From positions 40,303 through 104,302 of the forward strand of contig CBFFRP010000258.1 in the NCBI GenBank assembly GCA_965644295.1: DNA of 64,000 nt. The letters run 5' to 3'. Below are positions 37,942-50,177 of the stretch, piece by piece. The position numbers and the translations under genes are program-made. This DNA comes from Paraphysomonas bandaiensis. Its lineage: Eukaryota > Protista > Chrysophyceae. The notes under the pieces are model-generated. The model searched no databases, was not told where the DNA came from, and saw only the letters and a program-made list of their open reading frames with translations. How positions within the stretch are numbered: the stretch's first letter is position 1; the number at the start of each line of letters is the position of its first letter.

Positions 37942-40900
37942 CCAGTCGGCGTCAAAAGTCCGAACAACCGTTTTTTGATCAAAATGTCGTTCTAAACTCT
38001 CATTTTTATCTCGCTTCAGTGACATTGAAATACAATTAACACAACACTTGAACTGACCCGACACTGGACACTTATCATTCTATATGGCAATCATGGACCA
38101 CTGGACACGAATATGCAACCAGATTTTCATTTCATTCACTGCTTCTTTCAATATCGCAAGGTTTTCGATATCGTTCCAATTCGTCGAGTACCCCTCACAT
38201 CCGGCACCATTGCTCGAAATCCCTACATTGAATTTTCATCATGAAGATCTTAAAAGGTTTGTATACAGATGGACTCTCACATATATGAGTGCTGTGCAAT
38301 TCCTACGACTTTTTTTTGAATAATGTCTGATTTGTGTTCTTTCAGTGACTTCTTTGCATGACTTCAAAAGCATACGAGAAGAGAACCGACAAGACGCCAT
38401 AGACAAGCTCCAGGCAGCTAAATTTGCATCAGCACAGTCGAAAGACAGTTATGGATCTGATGTTGACCTCAATAATGGTTTTAATTGGTGCAAGGTTGCG
38501 CAGTTATGCAGTGTGAACCTGCACTGCTGAGAGCAAAATATATCTCGAAGAATGCTCCTCAGGAAGCTACTTTTGTCTATCTATGCGTTTATACAGATTT
38601 CTGTCGAGGAGTGTTCTTCAGGTAACTCTTTTCTGTCGGAGCATATGTATTTATGATGAAATGTCTGTCTTTTAGAGCCAAGGACAAGTGAGAAAGAGGG
38701 TTAGACCCCAGTCGTAGCTATACGTGGACGGACGAAAGCGGTGCGGCCATCATGTCCGACGTGAGCTATGATGCCACTGCAACTGGGAACTCGTTCACTT
38801 CTGCGTCCGGCGGGGTTTTGTTAAGACACTGACCAGTGTAGGGGCTGTCAACAATCAGGAGAGGGCAACTTCCTTAAGGATCCCAAGGAGCCCTATACAA
38901 GTATTTGAATATGGTTTCCCCTCGTATCGAGCCAAAGCCTTCCACAATCAATGCGCGAAGGCAGGAGGGCATCCGTGAGGCCTTCAATTTCGTATCCAGC
39001 GTAGCCATAGTAGGCGCCGTCTTAGGGGTATCATCCGAAAATCCTCAAGACAACCGATTTTTGCCCTGGAACAAGTCCAATTCGAACACTTACAACATTA
39101 TGCTAGGGTTTCAGAAGCAGTGCAAAGGTATGTATCGTTGGCGATTTGTGGTTACTTTATTTACAGAATTTTATCACAGAATATGAAGAAATTAATGAAA
39201 AGAAGCGTCCTCTCTGTTGCGATTGTCAAGAAGGAGAAGAAGACACGATCCGTAAAGTATACAGCCACCATGAGTGCAGAGTCTGCCCTACTTAGTCATA
39301 ATGTAGTAATCCGGGGACGCTAATACAAGGATTTGAAGTGCTTCAACTTTGACATAAATGGATGGGTGCAGAGTATTATTTTCCGTCCTGCACACAGGAA
39401 GAAACAGCATACTGAGAGCAAAACTACTGATGACGATACAATCTGGGAGGAGGAGAGTGATGAAGAGCTATGCAGGGTTTGAAGGAAGTCGTAGGTAGTG
39501 ATGAGGAGTAAGAGATGGTTCAAGATTTTAAAGGAATATAAAAGTGGCGATGGGGAAGAATCAAACCCAAGCGGATGACCCTGACGACGGTAGCGTGTGT
39601 GTGCGTTGTGAATCTTGGTGCTGTTATACGTCATCAGAATGCTCAGAGATAATGTGCCCACACCGTGAAGAGTACCGCAGATAAAAAAACATAGGTAGCG
39701 GGATTATGTTGTTTCATTACCGCTGATTTATGATTGTTTTTCTTTTGGTAGTATAAACGTATAAACACTAATAACTATACGCCACTAACTAATTATTTTG
39801 CGATGTATAATACAAATCGCAAAGCTGGTACTACTATCAAACAATTTTATCTAACCACCGTTTGCTATCATGATACAACAGCCTACAGCCTGGCTAGCTA
39901 CAGCTACAAACTCAAGAGAGTGGAGCTTACAGAAACAAAAGTTGAGGAATATTAGGTTTACTTCCAGAAGTAATGAGAATGCATGTAATCAGAAGTCAAC
40001 TACAATTATGTAGGTAGTGATTGTGTGTGTGGGGTGTGGGGTTAAGAGTCAGAACTAATGTTGCTCTGACTCTTCCATTATTATTGCTAATAATAAGACA
40101 TTCACTACTGATGCTTGTGTGCGGAATGCAGAATGATGCCATGGCAAAGGTTCAGAGGTACAGTGACATGTGACATTATACGATCAAAAACAATCCCACA
40201 ATCCATAATAATTTCAAATCAGTATCGTTACTTTATTAATTGCTAGTATGCACAACTGAAATACATGCGAGCTTAATATTATTATTGTACCGTAGCTTCT
40301 GTTAGTAAGTGCATTACTTGCATATTGCCTTCGTGCTCCATGAGGCACTGCTCTGCTAGCAGGTAGTAGCCACTGTATGGACAGCAAGAACACATTATAC
40401 TACTTCATGATGCCTATAATCTAAAATTGCATAGTTATTTACAATTATAATTTAGTAGCAATACTGCGGTCTACAGAGAATCACACCACAAGGCATATCA
40501 CAAGTATACTTGGGCATATTCTTAGGGTTACCATCAGCGAGAGGGCCCATGTGCTTAAAAAATTGCACACTTGAATGTTGACACTACTTACACTCATTGG
40601 TGTCTCTATGCAATCTCCGTCAGGCACAGAAGTGGACAACATTTTTTATGAAAGTCTGATTATTACATGAGTACGGTTGCGTACAGAAACTAGTTTATGT
40701 CTATAGACTAGCTAATAACGAAGTGGACAACAAAACAGAAACAGTTTCCTTATTCGCCTAACCAGCAAGAATGAACACACCCGCTCCGTTCTTCCAATTC
40801 TTGTGACCCGAATAGCTACAATTACCATTCGTCTAATTCTTATAAAATAGATTGTTTCTCATAAATCTGTATAAACGCATAGATAGACAAAAGTAGCTTC

Positions 40901-41538
40901 CTGAGGAGCATTCTTCGAGATATATTTTGCTCTCAGCAGTGCAGGTTCACACTGCATAACTGCGCAACCTTGCACCAATTAAAACCATTATTGAGGTCAA
41001 CATCAGATCCATAACTGTCTTTCGACTGTGCTGATGCAAATTTAGCTGCCTGGAGCTTGTCTATGGCGTCTTGTCGGTTCTCTTCTCGTATGCTTTTGAA
41101 GTCATGCAAAGAAGTCACTGAAAGAACACAAATCAGACATTATTCAAAAAAAAGTCGTAGGAATTGCACAGCACTCATATATGTGAGAGTCCATCTGTAT
41201 ACAAACCTTTTAAGATCTTCATGATGAAAATTCAATGTAGGGATTTCGAGCAATGGTGCCGGATGTGAGGGGTACTCGACGAATTGGAACGATATCGAAA
41301 ACCTTGCGATATTGAAAGAAGCAGTGAATGAAATGAAAATCTGGTTGCATATTCGTGTCCAGTGGTCCATGATTGCCATATAGAATGATAAGTGTCCAGT
41401 GTCGGGTCAGTTCAAGTGTTGTGTTAATTGTATTTCAATGTCACTGAAGCGAGATAAAAATGAGAGTTTAGAACGACATTTTGATCAAAAAACGGTTGTT
41501 CGGACTTTTGAATTGTTCGGACTTTTGACGCCGACTGG
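37942..41538. mobile_element. Foldback/long-TIR element 2: ~660-bp TIRs (37942-38600, 40863-41538) with a decayed interior
   Basis: Ends CCAGTCGGCGTCAAAAGTCCGAAC; 4-bp TSD ATAG (37938-41, 41539-42); mirrored ORFs 38084/41140 and 38345/40933; 17-bp duplication in the right TIR. Confidence 0.85.
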
Positions 41539-41646
41539 ATAGTTTATAGTATGAATATAACAGCCATATTTGACGAAAAATAACTCACAAAAAACCTACC
41601 AATTTGACCTCCCTGTTGACCTACCTCACAATGTTTTTTCAAAACC

Positions 41647-41659
41647 TAGGAATTCCTAC
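41647..41659. promoter_or_regulatory. Palindromic motif TAGGAATTCCTAC, probably belonging to the TMEM260 promoter before the TE insertions
   Basis: About 105 bp beyond the end of the 31637-41538 TE stack. Confidence 0.45.
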
Positions 41660-41700
41660 CTCACGATTTTGTGAGGTGAGGTGAGTTTTCCCACCTGTGA

Positions 41701-41882
41701 GGTTGCACCTTGGTGCTTGCGGCGACGCACAAGCAGCTTCTGTAGCGCTAAATAGTAGGATAATAGAATTTGTGCTGATTAGTTATGGGTAGAGGTCTAA
41801 CTAGTAGATCTAGCATTCAACTAGCCACTGTATCGGAATGAGTTTTTAACGCCTATTGCTAAATAAAAAGACTTTCAATATA
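41701..41882 (+). repeat. Isolated non-LTR 3' end (5'-truncated retrocopy)
   Basis: Highly similar to 53636-53819 and starts exactly at the GGTTGCACCTTGGTGC motif. Confidence 0.8.
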
Positions 41883-42635
41883 AATGCGTCCAACAGTAGT
41901 AAAAGCTCAATTTACTTCAAAAATCTTCCTTCCAATCATCCCCTTCGTATACAGCAATGACATCTCCGTTGTTGTAGGCTATGTGAGAAAGAAGGCCATG
42001 ACCCGTGCACGAGGTGTATGTCTGACCATTGCTGTCGCGAGCTACAAGCAAAGAAAGTCTGTGGTATAGTGCTCGCTTACTCTGTTCCTCTATCCTGGCA
42101 TCGAAAACTAGAATTTGGAGGCGGTTCAAATGTGTGGGCAACTAACAAGTCTTTTGCATTTTCTTCTATATGAAACATTTCAATAATTCTCTAGCTCTAG
42201 GAAGCAACAGGCACCATTTAAGAAAACTTCTTATTACACGCTCTACCTCGGTCCACATGACCACATCCACCTCACGGTGACCACACTACAACTACAAATT
42301 GTCCCATGCACCACAACTACCAAACACCTACAGATTCAGGTCTTTGGATGGACGCCCAACAAACACCCAATAACAAATTACAAATAGAGCCTACACACAC
42401 TCCAGTGCAGGGATGCAGCCCTGGCAGTGTTGCTCTGACCCACAGCATGGCCTCCCCCAGTGCCATCCTCGCAGTCTGCATATCCGACAGGGTCCCCATT
42501 CTGCGGGTTTACTCAACAGCCAATTTCGCCCCCATCAGCTCATTGCAACAGCTGGAAACGCTGCTCCAAGCTTACTGGCCTATCCCACAACACCCGAAAC
42601 CACCCTGGAGGCACCTACTTGCACCGAACACGCCC

Positions 42636-45368
42636 TGTGGAATATTAAGGGTACCAGAGCTTCATCACAAACCTCGTCTACGGTGTTTTCATACTTTACA
42701 CTCCTCCATCACACCCTCTCCAACATCATCACACACACCACCGATACTCAGTCATACACACGCAACCTACACCACTGGAATATACCGTATCTTACACTGT
42801 ATATTGTGCAGAGTACACGCAGAGAAAAATACGGTACTCGGTCGAATGTTACGGATGTTACAAATCAATAAACGGACGGAATACCCCCGTTGCTTTCACA
42901 CAGTCTACACTACAGGTAGTCAAAGCAAGGTTCTCTTTATAGTTTACTACAGAACTTCTCAGTAAGAGGAAATTATGCCTCTATTCTACAGCCGTACACT
43001 ACACACTGCATAATATAACACCATACACCTCTATGTGCCCTATGCATATCTTATACAGTCACTTCAAGTACTAAACTGAAAAGAACATCCTCTCATTTCT
43101 CTACGCACCCCTGTGATGTGTCTACTCGTTCCCAACGATCAGACATATCAAGTGGCGAAACAAGTTACCCTGCAGGGGTTTAGTCAGGACGTCTGCCAGC
43201 ATTTCCCCAGTGGGTAAGTAGACCAGCTCGATTTCCCCATTGTCGTGTAATTCTTTAATCAGAGCCTGTCGTACTCGCAGGTATTTCGACCTGTATCGGC
43301 CTCCTCCCTTCGTCACGAGGCTGAGGTTCGACAAGTTGTCCTGATAAATAACAGGTGGGTCAAGCGCATAGCCCTGCCCACACACAAACTCATGTAATCT
43401 CATTGCATTAGACATCATATCAGATAGGCCGACCAGCTCGGATTCGGTCGAGTCCTTCGTCACTATTCGTTGCTTAGTTGATCGGCATAGTACTGTGGCC
43501 CCTCCAAGCTGTACAACTACGCCTGTATGCCCTTTTCCGTCTTCGTGGGTGGCGAACGAAGCGTCGATGAAGCTTCTTACCCGCAGCTGTTCTCCAATCT
43601 TCAGCTGCAGATCTTGATCCCTTGTGTGCGCAAGGTATTTCAGCACTCGATTCAACCTCTGCTGATCTCCGATTGTCGGACCCTTCACTCTTGTTGTGAG
43701 GTACGCTATACTGAGCAGGATGTCTGGTCTAACTCTTATTGACAGATATAGCAATTTGGCCACCACTGAATGGAAATTGGCAGCCTCCTTCCTCCCCAAT
43801 TTCTGTCCTGCGCCCTCTGCGAACAGTGATGATGTCGCTGGAGATGCTGCTCTGCCAGTGACCGCTGCCTCCTCCAGCACTCCGTCTAGGTAAGCCCTCA
43901 TTGACACCACTGCCCTGTCATCTATCATGCTCACATGCATACCTAAATACGACATGTCTTTGTCATCACAGTATTTTACCTCACCATATTGTTTCTTTAG
44001 TTGTTCCACCAACCACTCGGTGTCACGCTTGTCTTGTGATAGCACTAGCAGATCGTCCACGTGTAGTGTTATAGTGCACTGCTTGCCGTTGACAGTCCTA
44101 TTGAGAACACACTGATCCACCGGGTTAGCCACGAAACCAATGCTTTCCAGGTAAGCTCTTATCGTGTCATACCAGAGCTTTGCGCTCTGCACGCATCCAT
44201 ATAACGCTTTGTCTAGGCGCACCAATATTTTGCCTCTTTCATCAACATACGGCTGGATTGTGGGGTCTAGTTTTCTGAGTATTGTGGCCAACATCGGCTC
44301 CAATTCCATTATTACCTCTTCGCCTGACATCTCCGCATTGAGGTATGCACCACCTATATCAATTGTCGATACATGTCTCCCCTCTCTCGCTGCTATTGCT
44401 AGGCATGCAAATACTGACTGTATGTCCACAGTGGGTGACGACGTGTCTGGGTACAGTTTCCGGTCCTGCTGTGCCCCGTTCGCAACCAACCTCGCCTTGA
44501 TTTTCTCGAACCTTCCGAGTCCGTCGTATTTCGTCTTCAAGAACATCAGCGATCGAATTGTTCGTTTGAGTTGAGTCTTTGACAGGTCACTCCGGTGTAC
44601 CGGAACTATTGCCTTTTTTTCGTGTAGCAGCTGCTTCAGCTCCCGTACTATCGCCAGGTAGGCTTCTTTGCCGTGTTCCTTTAAACCTTTGGTTACGCTT
44701 GTGTGATAGGCTCGATACATTACGGGCTTTCTTCTTGTGCCTGCCGCTATCCTTGCTCCTGCTGATGGTGATGATAGTACTTCGCTTGTATTGTGTGTCA
44801 TCCCTGTAGTTTCCACCCCTGTAATTTCCGGATCGTCGGTGTCGTTGGGTGTTGCAGCGCCCGGCTCCTGTTCGCTCGGCCCATCAGCCCTGTCGCCATC
44901 ATCGTCGACTAGTTCCGTGATTTTTGTTCTCTCTCTCTCTTCTGTGTGGCCGTGCCCTTCGTCTGTGTCAATGGCTGTCATCTGCCCCTCCTCGTGAGGC
45001 TCCTTCGGCTTATCGATCTTGTCATTCTCAGCTGGTGGCGTGGTATCCTCGATCTCTCGACTCTCATTCTCACTGGTCGTGACAGGTGAGTGTGACTTGT
45101 TGTGCAATGACGATATTCTATTCACGGCGTCTATTACTATTTGCGTGGTCACCATCTTCACCCAGTTGGTCCTACTCACATATTTATTTGTTTTAAGGTT
45201 TAAAAATGTCCAACTCCCGTTTGCGTTGCCGGATGGGTACAGCGCGATACATGGTTCTGTTCTGGCCTGCTCCGCGTTATTGCTCTTGACCTTCGGGTCA
45301 TAGCATTCTACGTAGTCCCCGAAAGCCAGTGACAGTTCCTTTTTATAATTGGGTTTCCGACCAGTCAA
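42636..45368 (-). mobile_element. 5'-truncated Ty1/Copia LTR retrotransposon; 3' LTR about 43105-42636
   Basis: pol ends at 43122, followed by the purine tract CACAGGGGTG and ~470 bp ending ...AATATTCCACA. The 5' half (gag, most of IN, 5' LTR) is missing. Confidence 0.85.
43122..45368 (-). CDS. Copia pol fragment (post-integrase linker, RT, RNase H)
   Basis: KARLVANG, DIGGAYLNA, LDKALYGCVQSAKLW, LHVDDLL, FIDASFA, STESELVGL, YQDN, ADVLTKPL. Confidence 0.92.
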   Translation of the reverse strand: MTGRKPNYKKELSLAFGDYVECYDPKVKSNNAEQARTEPCIALYPSGNANGSWTFLNLKTNKYVSRTNWVKMVTTQIVIDAVNRISSLHNKSHSPVTTSENESREIEDTTPPAENDKIDKPKEPHEEGQMTAIDTDEGHGHTEERERTKITELVDDDGDRADGPSEQEPGAATPNDTDDPEITGVETTGMTHNTSEVLSSPSAGARIAAGTRRKPVMYRAYHTSVTKGLKEHGKEAYLAIVRELKQLLHEKKAIVPVHRSDLSKTQLKRTIRSLMFLKTKYDGLGRFEKIKARLVANGAQQDRKLYPDTSSPTVDIQSVFACLAIAAREGRHVSTIDIGGAYLNAEMSGEEVIMELEPMLATILRKLDPTIQPYVDERGKILVRLDKALYGCVQSAKLWYDTIRAYLESIGFVANPVDQCVLNRTVNGKQCTITLHVDDLLVLSQDKRDTEWLVEQLKKQYGEVKYCDDKDMSYLGMHVSMIDDRAVVSMRAYLDGVLEEAAVTGRAASPATSSLFAEGAGQKLGRKEAANFHSVVAKLLYLSIRVRPDILLSIAYLTTRVKGPTIGDQQRLNRVLKYLAHTRDQDLQLKIGEQLRVRSFIDASFATHEDGKGHTGVVVQLGGATVLCRSTKQRIVTKDSTESELVGLSDMMSNAMRLHEFVCGQGYALDPPVIYQDNLSNLSLVTKGGGRYRSKYLRVRQALIKELHDNGEIELVYLPTGEMLADVLTKPLQGNLFRHLICLIVGNE

Positions 45369-47420
45369 TGCCACTCGCGGTGCTAAACAAGCTGCGTTAT
45401 CCATTCTACAACGCCACGACCTAAACCAACCCGACATTGACCTATACATCACTAGCCTAGTCCAATGGGGACAACAGCTCGGAATCCGGCTGCAGCCTCC
45501 ATCACCGGCCACGCCCCAATTCCGAGACACCATTGACAGGGTACAATCCCAACTCCAATTGTACGACGATCACCCACACGACTATCAAGCCATCTTCACT
45601 GATGGCTCCTTCACTCGCACCAACCTCACCCCCGCCCACCTACTCGGAACGTCGCACACCCAGAATGCCGCGCACAACGGGGGAGCAGCAATTGTATGGC
45701 TCCCGCCCAAAAACAACTGGAGTCACAGACCAACCAAAATCCTTCACCTCACAACCCCAGAGCACACCACACCTGGACTAACATCATACACATACGAGAC
45801 TCTCGCGATGTCAGCTGCCCTAATGTTCTCCAAAGTCATATATATCACCCACTGTGCCCATGTGTACTGACTGTCAGGCAGTTCAAACACGAACCACAGA
45901 AGCCCTGTCACGCAGGAGGAGAGCACTAGGCACGAAGCCACAGGGCGTCTTTTACGAATGCCTGGCCACAGAACATCACAAACAGCGTCCAATCAAATGG
46001 GTTCGTTCCCACCCCGAACGCCGAACGCCAGACCAAAGTAAATGGACCTACAACGACCATGGCATCTACATAGCTGACGCGGCCGCCAGCGGGGATTGGA
46101 CAACGATCAACAAAATACTCGGCGCCACCAACTACAGAGTGGTCACAACTGAAATCACACACCTCCTAGAGGAATTCCTCACCACTGGTCAATGGCACTG
46201 GAGGAGATACGACAAGTATCTCCTCACAGACAGTGGCCCCATGCTAGGGGACGTCACAGAACTCCAACACCAATGGGACCTCCACCAGTACACACTCACG
46301 AGAGATGGCACGTACGCCGCACGTACAAGCCGAGACCCACAGTATTGGACACGTAGCGGTACGAGGCTTCCACACAAACTTCACCCCCTCCGCACCAATA
46401 ACTCCCCAAAATGCTACGTCTCGCTCCAAGACCGCATACGCGAAACTGCATATGTATGGGACAAATCATACGCAATCGGCAGAAATCGAGCAAAGGGCAA
46501 AGCCGGGGACGACCTCACGACAGCCGTCAAATGCACAGACTGCGATCACACAACGGACAACATGGCACACATGCTCCTCCAATGCACACAACCGGAGATT
46601 GCCCTCATACGCGAACACGCCGTCCAAACACAGCAATCACAACTAGACAAACTTCACAGGCAACGACACCCTCGCCCATGGTTCCACACCGCTCTGAACA
46701 AATTGGCAAAGGCCGCATGGGATCCTAACACACCCCAAATTGAAAGATACTGGACCGGCCAGCTCACCGCATCGCAACTAGCAAACGCCTTCGGCTGTAA
46801 CATCTCCACGCCACTACTCGAATATCAGTTCCACAAACTCGAACAATCTGTCACCAAGATTCTACTCCCTCTCTACAATGGAGGGATAAACATGCTCAAA
46901 AACAGAGGCTGCAGACATCACAACATCAAGGTAACACCACTGACGCAACCCTCGACCCCTACAAGCTCACAACCACACCGCACTCACACTACCACCAACC
47001 CGGCAATCCTTCAACTCCTTCAAGCAACATCCACCCCTAGAGCCAAGCCCCCCACGCGAACTCGCTCACAACGCAGGCTTGCAAATCCGGTTCGGATACA
47101 AACGACTCTCACCTCCAAACGAAACCCAGACACGACTGGAGCTCCCGGATCCTCTGTCACCGACTCACACCCACGAAGCAAAACCCCACCCTCCACAACA
47201 TCCCGGTTCACAAATGGCTCCGGACCGGCAGAGACATTACCCAAAGGAAGACCACCGGACTAAGCCCAACACAAGGGATGGTTGCATCAAGGTGCTTGCA
47301 GCAATGCACAAGCAGTCCCGAGACAACTCAGTATTTAGCAACTTTGATACCACTAGTCTAAAGTCGTAGATAGCTAAAACAAAGTAGTTCTCTCCTGTAA
47401 TAATCAGATCTTTATATATA
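45369..47420 (+). mobile_element. 3' part of a non-LTR retrotransposon: RNase H + CCHC zinc finger (frameshift near 45850) and 3' UTR
   Basis: IFTDGS..GGAAIV..SYTYETLA..TDCQAV..KWVRSHPE..IADAAA (RNase H); CTDC-x8-H-x4-C; ends GRPPD* at 47263; C/A-rich coding strand. Confidence 0.78.
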
Positions 47421-48865
47421 CAGGACAAGGAAGATGTCCGGAACGAGTGACAAAGTATGTATATTTATGTATGCGGATAGACGGAGTGGAGTATTATGGT
47501 GAAATGTTGGGAGAATTGAAGACTGGACATCCGATACAGAGCATATGGAAGTGTAAGTTTGATCTGATACCTAATATGACGGCTTCATGCTTATGGGGAG
47601 GAGCGGAGGTGAAGGAGTTGAAAGAGCATCGTGCTTTTGTGGTGCGAACACCAGAGGGTATACCTGTTGTCATGATAGGGAAGTCATACGCAGAAACAAT
47701 GAAATGGATGGCTAAGACGAGACATCGGGTAGCAGAACATCCAGTGTATCAAGGTAATATCACGGAAGAACGGAGGGTCAATACTGTGTGGAAGACAAGC
47801 CAATGCCCTAACCAGTATTGTGTAAGACAATGATGCAGGATGAATCTGTGAGAGTTCATGTGGTCAATATGAAGCCAGATCGTTATGTTGTTGGACGTAT
47901 TCAGGTCTTGGATTAGGGGGAAGTAGTGTAGCAAAATTGGGTATGACAAGTATGGATGATTTAGGAGGTTGTTATGGCTGAAGAATAAGATGAAGTGATG
48001 TAGGTTGTAGTATGAGATGAGATGTAGATGGTAGTTATGATTAGATTAGAAGATACGAGTATTAAGGCCAGATATAGGGTTGGAGTGTACCGGAACTACC
48101 CGTATATACGGATGTAACGGACGTTTATGGTAACCCGTACAGTATTATGATGGTATACGTAGGTATTCTGTAGGATGATATAGGAGTAGATAGCAGGATG
48201 TTAAGGGATTTCTATATGATTATTTCTGGAAGTAGAAAACTAGCTATTTATGGCTGGGAAACCACTTCTAGAATTAACTATGGGGATATAGGTAGAAGGA
48301 TATGGAGTTTTAGGTTTTAGATATAATCATTGTGAAAGTTGATATCGTAGTTGAGTTGAAAGTTAAGAAGTAGCGAAGTAAAGAGTAAGAAGAGGAAGTT
48401 AAGAGAAGAGTGTTGTGAGAAGCCTATCCTACCCTACATCACCTGTGCACATGGACAGGGATGATAAGACCAGCAATGTTAGTCATGATAGCGAGGCTCA
48501 ATCACCCGTAGTCGTTACATATGTCACATAACTATTTGGAGTAATGGCTGTAGTACTTTCTTGGAGTTAGAAATTGTGCACACCAAAAGAAAATTTAAGG
48601 TTTATATAGTACAAGGTTAACTTTAATGGATTGCTATTCAAACACATTGCAGTTCCGAGCTTTATTGCGTTTTATCTAATGCATTGATGCATTGTATAAC
48701 TTCATTTTGCTCACAGTGCTGTGGTACAGACATACATATTTCAGACCTCAAATTAATTACCAGCTCTCTTAGCTGCAAGTCCTAATGAATAAAGCTTTGT
48801 CTATACATTGACACTGCATACGCAGCAGGAAAAATTATCCATTGCCGAACATTTCAGGACACCAT

Positions 48866-49642
48866 TTATTTTTCATTCAAGGGCACTTCCTTTTTACCAA
48901 CAGGAGTTAATAAATGAATCAAAACATCAACCGGTTTTAGAAATGTAGCCAGAAGCAAACAGGTAAATCCAGGCCCCAAGTACCAAGTCAACTCATTACC
49001 ACTACCATCGTCATTGGGAAGATTTCTGTAGCAACCATCAGCATAAGAAGAGAGGGCTGCCAAAGTTGTGATGGTGCCAACCACTCCAGTAAATATTCCC
49101 ATGAATTTCTGACAGTTAAGGTCACCTTTAACAGTACTTCGTTGAAAATCTGTTGCTAACGTCGGAAGGCAAGTAATAAGACTCATGATTGCGGTGGTAA
49201 TACTGGAATCACAGGCATCCTTGCAATCATCACAATAGCTGTCAGGGCACGACGTATCTTCCCATTTACTCGATATTTCATCAAAACCATCGACTTTTAT
49301 TACAACTTCTTTTAGTCCAACAAAATACTCAGAATTCTGCATCAACAAGCAACATAAAATCTGGTAGTAAGAATTCATTACGTTACCACTTACATCTGAA
49401 ACTCCATAAGTCCAGTTAGTATTCTTTACAGTGTCGTTGTTAGTCGACAACGCACATACAGCCACAATACAAAATATAAGGGATAGGCCAGAGAGGCCAG
49501 CAGCGAGGAGCATGACCTTGGCTCGATGTACGTCAAAAAATTTCATTCCTGTTTGTCCTAACTTGGTACAAAATGATGATTCTTCGGCACATTTTCTAAA
49601 GAAGGGAATTGAACAGCACGGAGGATGAGGGCAGTCAACCAT
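48866..49642 (-). CDS. Claudin/amastin-like four-TM membrane protein (one probable intron ~49340-49393)
   Basis: Four hydrophobic segments; W...VGL and paired Cys in loop 1; WYLGPGF before TM4. Confidence 0.55.
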   Translation of the reverse strand: MVDCPHPPCCSIPFFRKCAEESSFCTKLGQTGMKFFDVHRAKVMLLAAGLSGLSLIFCIVAVCALSTNNDTVKNTNWTYGVSDVSGNVMNSYYQILCCLLMQNSEYFVGLKEVVIKVDGFDEISSKWEDTSCPDSYCDDCKDACDSSITTAIMSLITCLPTLATDFQRSTVKGDLNCQKFMGIFTGVVGTITTLAALSSYADGCYRNLPNDDGSGNELTWYLGPGFTCLLLATFLKPVDVLIHLLTPVGKKEVPLNEK

Positions 49643-49860
49643 CTCAATGTAATCCAATTGCAGAAATATACAACCTCGTCTACTTATTTTAGTATTATCC
49701 TACAACATTCTTTAAAATTTTCATTATTCATATTTATATGATCTAGAATGGGGCGTATAAAGTATCTTGAATGGCTCGTATCTGAACTGAAAGGTGTGGG
49801 GTTACGACGTACTGCTGTACAGCAGTATACAGCAGTATACAGAAGTATACAGCAGTATTC

Positions 49861-49873
49861 GTAGGAATTTCTA
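49861..49873. promoter_or_regulatory. Near-palindromic motif GTAGGAATTTCTA in a divergent promoter, preceded by a TACAGCAGTA x4 tandem
   Basis: Lies between ATG 49642 (-) and ATG 50178 (+). Confidence 0.45.
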
Positions 49874-50177
49874 ATTTCTATACGGTATTTGTAGCAATAC
49901 CATGCATGGAATACGGAATACTATATACTGTATATGTAGCTTGCGGAAGTGCATTCATTGTTTATTTGGGTGACCGTATCAAGCGTGAATAGGTATACGT
50001 ATAGCTATAACACACCATCACCGAAGTCACGTGTTTAACATTTAGTTCTGCCAGTGATGTATCTATATATCTGTGAGTAAGAATTGACGCATTCGTATGA
50101 ACTTGTCACTCGTATTTCCTAATCCCGCATCCCACTTTAATATATAAGCTATTTCATTGTATCGCGTTTGTGGTGTT

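Noticed and set aside
45369-45533. N-terminal part of the 803-aa Copia ORF
   Set aside because: It is the antisense of the non-LTR sequence, open by chance across the junction
47447-47833. 128-aa ORF after the non-LTR 3' end
   Set aside because: No recognisable motif, non-ATG start, and it sits in purine-skewed decayed sequence
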